Source: Salisapilia sapeloensis CBS 127946
Taxonomy: Eukaryota > Protista > Oomycota
Length of the DNA: 45,448 nucleotides
Direction of reading: 5' to 3'
Assembly: GCA_023334545.1 (NCBI GenBank)
Contig: JAADVB010000156.1
Span: 1 to 45,448, forward strand
This document shows positions 40,200 to 45,448 of this stretch, in pieces. The number at the start of each line of letters is the position of its first letter. Positions within the stretch are counted from its first letter, which is position 1. The notes below the pieces were generated by a model that was not told the DNA's origin, did not search any database, and saw only the letters and a program-made list of their open reading frames with translations. A program made the position numbers and the translations under genes.

Positions 40200-41254
40200 C
40201 TACAATTTGCTGGTAGGGTTGATACCAGAGTAGAGAGGATCGTCAGAGTCATCGACGTCGCCTAAGGGAGCACCAGGATGAGATACAAAGGTTGTGCCGA
40301 CTTCTTCTCCACGAACAATTTGAAGGATCACACCAGCTTCCATCTTTGCCACAATCGCACGACTGACCGAGCCACTGTCTACGGCTCGGATGCACGAGTT
40401 GGCTTTATCTTTCTGGCCGAGTGCACCGACCCGAGATCGCTTGTGTGTCACAGCAACATCACCAGCTTTAAACTGGTCGATCTTGACGTATCCATGTTCA
40501 TCTGGTGTTTCAGACTCACGAGGCAATCGATAGATGCCGTCGATATCAGTCAAGATCACGAACAAGTCAACTTCCATTTCTCGAGCAAATTGAGATGCGA
40601 GGGAATCATTATCCCATGCAATACGTTTATCTTGCACGAGAGGAATCGTACGCTTCGTAATGACGTCATTTTCATTAATCACAGGGATGATGCCGACATC
40701 AAGCAAGGATACGATAGTCCGTCTCAAGTTGCTACGAACCGCCGGATCTCGGAAGTCAGCATCGGATGACAGAATTTGGGAGCAGGCCATGTGGTATTGC
40801 GCAAATAGCAATTCGTACAGCGACTGCAAACCACTTTGACCTGCAGCTGCACATGCCTTTTCAAAGAAAGCTGGTGTTTCTTCATACTGTCCTCCCAAGT
40901 GCGACTACTTGCAATTTGCTTTAGTACTTTGTCGTTAATGCCTAGAAGGTAACGTACTTGCATAGATCCGGATAGGAGAAATTGACGTTGGAGAGCCATA
41001 CGGCCTATGGCAACGGCGCCACTAGAGATGAGGATGACTCGATACCCTTGCAAGTGCAACGAGGCAATCTATGTCAAGTCATGAGTTGGGTGACTGCTGA
41101 TATGTCATGATGGAACATAGACCTGTTCGATGAGTGCGCCAATTTGACCCATAGCGATGATCCCATTTGTTGAATGCACAATTTCAGTCCCGATCTTGAT
41201 CAGGATTGTTTTGGAGTTAGCTAAACTAGGCCGAGCCACTCTACCCGCCTTCAT
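40200..41254 (-). CDS. proB: Glutamate 5-kinase (amino-acid kinase fold), stand-alone
   Basis: ATG 41254, introns 41069-41122 and 40905-40957. Motifs: IKIGT, ISSGAVAIG, ACAAAGQSGL, IPVINENDV, DNDSLA and LTDIDG. Confidence 0.88.
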
Positions 41255-42186
41255 TTGAGCGCTGCTGCGTGGAGCCATGTGGAGCTATCGATGTTTTCGC
41301 AACTCTTGTCCAAAAGAAAAGAAAATAGGTTAGCTAATAAATTCAATTGAAGTGATGTATACAAGTCAGTTTTCGACGTGCTTATGCGAGAACGGTTTGC
41401 TGCATTGCTGATTGCTATGGAGGCACTTGAATGTCTGCGTGTTTGCCGATGAATCACGGGATATATTCAAGTATTGATAAAATTGTGCATGGTTGCCATC
41501 CTACTAGTGGTTCTAAAGGTCACTTTGAAAGGAAAGATCATTTGAGCACATTAAGCCACGTACGTATCTGCGCTCAAAAGGAGATAGTTGATATACCGAA
41601 AGTGATGCAGAAATGGTCGCAATTAGACTGTGACTAAGGAGTAGGTTTCAATTGAAAAGGAGGAATCTTGGGTGTTTGATACGAGCAAAGAGGACAAGTC
41701 TCGTGTACGACAAATGAAATTGAGTCAGTACAGCCGAACTAGCTCATTCAGGTCCATAGAACTTGTGTTTTACCTGAAAATGATAGATGCTCTTCGAATT
41801 GCATGAAGGTTTATCGATATGGAAACTTCGCGTCAATCACGGTCTAGCCGCAAACAACAAGTCAAATGCAGATAAACAAATGAGAAAGACTATCGCTATC
41901 CTCCGGGTAGCTTTATAAACTCGTAGAAGTTTGAGCTGTATAAAGTTTTCCAAGCGTAAAGTTCTAGGTTTCCATTGGAGTGACCATCCTCATTCGTAGG
42001 CCCCACCAAGTACTGTGCACTAAGACGAAATCAGCATCTATAAACGATAGTTCATACTAGGCACAGCAAGCACACTGTTTTGTAGATCTACTACTTCTTT
42101 CATTATGCTTTCTTAATAAAATCTTTGTCGATTTGCTGGCAGCGAATGCTGTCAATCAATGCTTGTGAATTCTATTTAGCTCTTGT

Positions 42187-43449
42187 CTAACTACGTCCGT
42201 TCTGAACGTGATTCTCATTCGTCTCAAGCCACTCATCATATACGCGCGAGTGAAAATCCCCGCTACTGACGCCATCATCTACACGAATGCTAGGTCAGAG
42301 ACGTGATTGCAAGTTACAAACAAGCAGCTACCTTCGTCGGCACGAAGAGTATTGTATGACTCCTTTTTCTTGGCTTTGTGCCGTCGTTGGATAAGATAAT
42401 GGATAGCCTCCTCCGCAGCGATAATCGCTTCTCTCTAAGAATATTCAGAACCATAAATAAATAGGCGAATATACTTGACAGCAACTCTACTGTACCATTT
42501 CATCGAGCTGACCCATGGCATGCTCATACTTGTCCTCCATCTCCTTGTAGCGAGAATCTTTATTCTCCACTTCCTACTTACACTTTTAAGCAATGACATC
42601 CCAAGTTAATGAACAGATATATACCTTTTCCAAGACTGCGATTCGTTCCTCTTGTGCCTGCATCGTCCGTTCCTTGGATTCTACCCTTTCTTCTAACACT
42701 TCCACTCGCTTTTTCATCTCCATATTGCTCGCCACCGAGCGTTCACATATGGCTGCCAGACGCTCATACCTCCATCCTCCATCTTCACTCGATTCCACAT
42801 ACTCTTCCGTGGACGTATCACTCTCGGACTCGTCTTCCGATGCATACTCTGTTGTTTCAAGCTCAGAAAGCATCCGCTCAAGATGCTCTAACTCTCCACG
42901 AAGGTTTTCTATCAGACAGTCGTGAGCTTATGAAGACGTGTATTTATGACTTCCTATCTACCTTTGTTGATACCATGACCAGGAGAAGCCTGTCGTGATA
43001 GAGCTTGAGCGTTCGTTTGAGTTTTTTGATTAGAACTATGTCCTTTACGTCCTTCCTGATCCCTTTCTTCATGAATACCTGCACGATCTCTAGTTCTATT
43101 GCCAGGATGCTGCTGGTGTGAAGTAGTTCGACTGCTCGTCGACACTTTTCCACTCGTTTTCGATCGCTTGGGCTTCGATTGCTGCATTTTGGCGTACAAA
43201 GGACTACGTGCGACAAAGTGGGCTGTTGATACCTGCTTCAGATGCTTCTCGAGCTACATTACAAAAGCCGTTGGTCATCCACTTTATCCTCCCAAGTGCA
43301 TGCGTACGTACTTGTTCTTCCTGTGTGAGTCTATATTGCCGATCGTCCGTCAAATAACTGTTCCACTCTGGCCGACGTCGACGTTGTGGATATTCGTCTG
43401 TCGTCTGCGACCTCTTGGACGGCCATGCACCACCTTCCCGTCGTGCCAT
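42187..43449 (-). CDS. Coiled-coil protein with SPICE1-like N-terminal motif (putative centriolar protein), about 7 exons
   Basis: In-frame splicing gives MARREGG...RRRRPEWNSYLTDDRQYRLTQEEQ|LEKHLKQ|QSK..., then an acidic coiled coil, and a last exon DDGVSSG...QNGRS with stop at 42187-42189. Confidence 0.6.
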
Positions 43450-43454
43450 GCGTA

Positions 43455-43490
43455 TAATTGCAAAATGCGCTGTCGGAATTGCAAAAGTGA
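43455..43490 (-). promoter_or_regulatory. Two tandem INR/FPR-like elements
   Basis: Minus-strand TCACTTTTGCAATT (43490-43477) and GCATTTTGCAATTA (43468-43455). The second matches TCATTYYNCAWTTT at 12/14 positions. Confidence 0.5.
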
Positions 43491-43525
43491 ATACAGCCCT
43501 AGCAAGTGTGCCACGGACGATCAGC

Positions 43526-45297
43526 ATGAGCTATAGACCACCAGATTGGGCAAGCGAAGGCAGGAATATCCATGGATTGACCATGGAAGTCATCAAAAAT
43601 GGTGCTGTCATGGACACATTAGCTCTTCCATCCGTGGCATCGAGTGAAGCACATGCATATACACTTGTTGGTCGCCTACCAAAGCCAGAATGCGACCTCG
43701 TGCTTGATCATGGATCCATCTCTCGTCGTCATGCTGTCCTACTCTTTGATAGCAATGGAAGGATGTATTTACAGGATCTTAAAAGCACGCATGGCACTTT
43801 TATCAATAAGAAACGCGTGACATCGGACGAACCAGTGTCTTTGAACGTCGGCGACGTTATTGCGTTTGGTGAATCATCTCGTGTATACGTTGTCTGTGGC
43901 CCCGAAGATCTAATGCCTGGAGAGTACGATTCTGAAAATCTGCGTCAATGGAGAGACAAGGTATGTGGCGTACAGAAAGAGTGAAGTCGACAGAGAGCTA
44001 ACAAGCAAGTAGAGTGAGAAGCGAACGAAGAAGGCAAAGGAGAAGAGTGATACTAACAGTGGTGTCTCCTGGGGATTCGGAGAGGATGCTGAAGAAGAGG
44101 ATAGTGACGAGGAAGCATCAACAGACACGCATACCCATGAGGATAAATCCAAACTCCCAGCTTATCTTCGCAACGTACGTCCTTGCCTACTTTTTATTCG
44201 AGATAGCTGCTAATCCTTTTTTGTCACGATAGTTATCTGAACAACAGAATCCGTACGAATCTCGTATCGAGCGGTCGGATGTACACAAGAATGATGCCAA
44301 GTTGTTTGACCAGCTTCAAAAGAAATTATCCAAAATGTCCAACTTACAGTCCGAGAGTAACAAGATCTCTGCTAAACGATCGCAGTTATCTGGCTTGTCG
44401 GAAGGTCAGGAGCACACATTGGAACGGAATGAGCAACGTATTGAAGCGTTAAAGGGAGAAATAATGCAGTTGGAGGATCAGATTGACAATCGAAACCAAA
44501 GTCGAGAACGAAATCAAAAACTTCGTGGTTCGTCATTACGAAAGCGGACGGAAGAATCACATGCATATGACAGTGATGAAGACGAGTTCTATGATCGGAC
44601 AGCGGCCAACAAACGCAAGTTGGAAGAGCGTAAGCAAGGTGGTACGAAAGATGGAAGCAAAGTGGTGACCATGGAGTCGATACAGCATGACGTGGTACAG
44701 TTAAAGCAGCAACTTGCCAATGTGGAAGAGCAGCTAGCGAACACGCAAGCACCAGTGGAAGATAGTAAGACTGAGGACTCCTTAGATGCTTTTATGCATG
44801 AGATGAATGCAGACGTTCAGAGCAACCAAGTGGAGTCATTGACAAAGAAAAAGCAAGAGCTGGAAGAAGCATTGGCAAAACAAAACCAGCTTTTGGAAGT
44901 AGCTATGCCAGCACTTCAGTCGGTTCAGAAACCACAAACAGTGGATGTGCCGAAGGAAAAACCTAGTGTGACGAAGGTCGATGAGGTCGATGAGAAACCT
45001 GTTGTAAAAGACGTACCAAAGGCAGATACAAGGACAGAGGAGCAAGAAAGCAACGAGAAAGATGTTCAAGAGGTATTTGCTAAGGATGAAGAAAAGGGAG
45101 AGCGGGTAGAAGAGCCCAAAACAATGGAAGTGGAACCACAGCAGAGAAAAAAGAGGCGTGTGATGGGACCGAGTCTACCGTCCAGTGCCCCAAGTCACAA
45201 CACCAACGAATTGGAAGGAGGGGAACAAGTTTGGGTACCACCCAAAGATCAAACTGGAGATGGAAGGACCAAGCTCAATGATAAATTTGGGTACTGA
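43526..45297 (+). CDS. SLC4A1AP: Kanadaptin (FHA-domain nuclear protein), multi-exon
   Basis: MSYRPPDWA start, FHA domain (VGR...SISRRHAVL...DLKSTHGTFIN), GVSWGFGEDA, DSDEDEFYDRT and the diagnostic C-terminus WVPPKDQTGDGRTKLNDKFGY. Confidence 0.88.
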
Positions 45298-45448
45298 TCG
45301 TAAGCTTAACAAGAACGAGTTTGATGAAATGGATATAAAGCCTAGTTAATTATTTTGTACATCTATCGTCATCTACAGTTAGAGAGTCACTCTCGTTTAG
45401 TCCTGGTGGCTCTCCAGTAAGTCTTGGCCGAAGCCGTCGAGCCACCAA

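Noticed and set aside
14999-41254. ArgE-like deacetylase and glutamate 5-kinase as an ornithine/proline gene cluster
   Set aside because: They lie about 24 kb apart with many unrelated genes between them; no sign of co-regulation.
43415-43525. GTG-initiated N-terminal extension of kanadaptin in the ORF track
   Set aside because: It overlaps the divergent gene's first exon and promoter. MSYRPPDW at 43526 is the family-typical start.
1-45448. tRNA, rRNA, snRNA, CRISPR, transposase or retroelement signatures
   Set aside because: None seen by eye in the intergenic gaps. A covariance-model scan would be needed to exclude small ncRNAs.

Overview
Gene-dense eukaryotic chromosomal region, most likely from a zoospore-forming oomycete. 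This is inference from the gene set (outer-arm dynein, multi-TM TKL kinase, IQM-like and T1-BTB proteins), INR/FPR-like core promoter motifs and mostly 50-70-nt GT-AG introns. I support about 20 protein-coding genes, many reconstructed by hand-splicing ORF fragments: SLX9-like, an intronless 4606-aa outer-arm gamma-type dynein heavy chain, ArgE/M20 deacetylase, Asp/Asn beta-hydroxylase-domain protein, IQM-like protein, multi-TM TKL kinase, cyclin, p24/TMED, queuosine salvage QNG1, BTB/KCTD protein, RluA pseudouridine synthase, ankyrin-TPR protein, a ~1600-aa ankyrin/Zn-finger protein, Rab11-like GTPase, glutamate 5-kinase, SPICE1-like protein, kanadaptin and several orphans. I saw no rRNA, tRNA, CRISPR array or transposon. 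The best leads are: two disordered orphan proteins carrying Raptor-docking-like (TOS/RAIP/PRAS40-type) motifs; an alternative 3' splice site that may switch one of them between a full protein and a uORF; a receptor-like kinase with DFD and no alphaC glutamate; a 9-mer shared by two cilium/centriole gene promoters; and a spliced gene missed by the ORF track. All family calls are by motif recognition, not database search.
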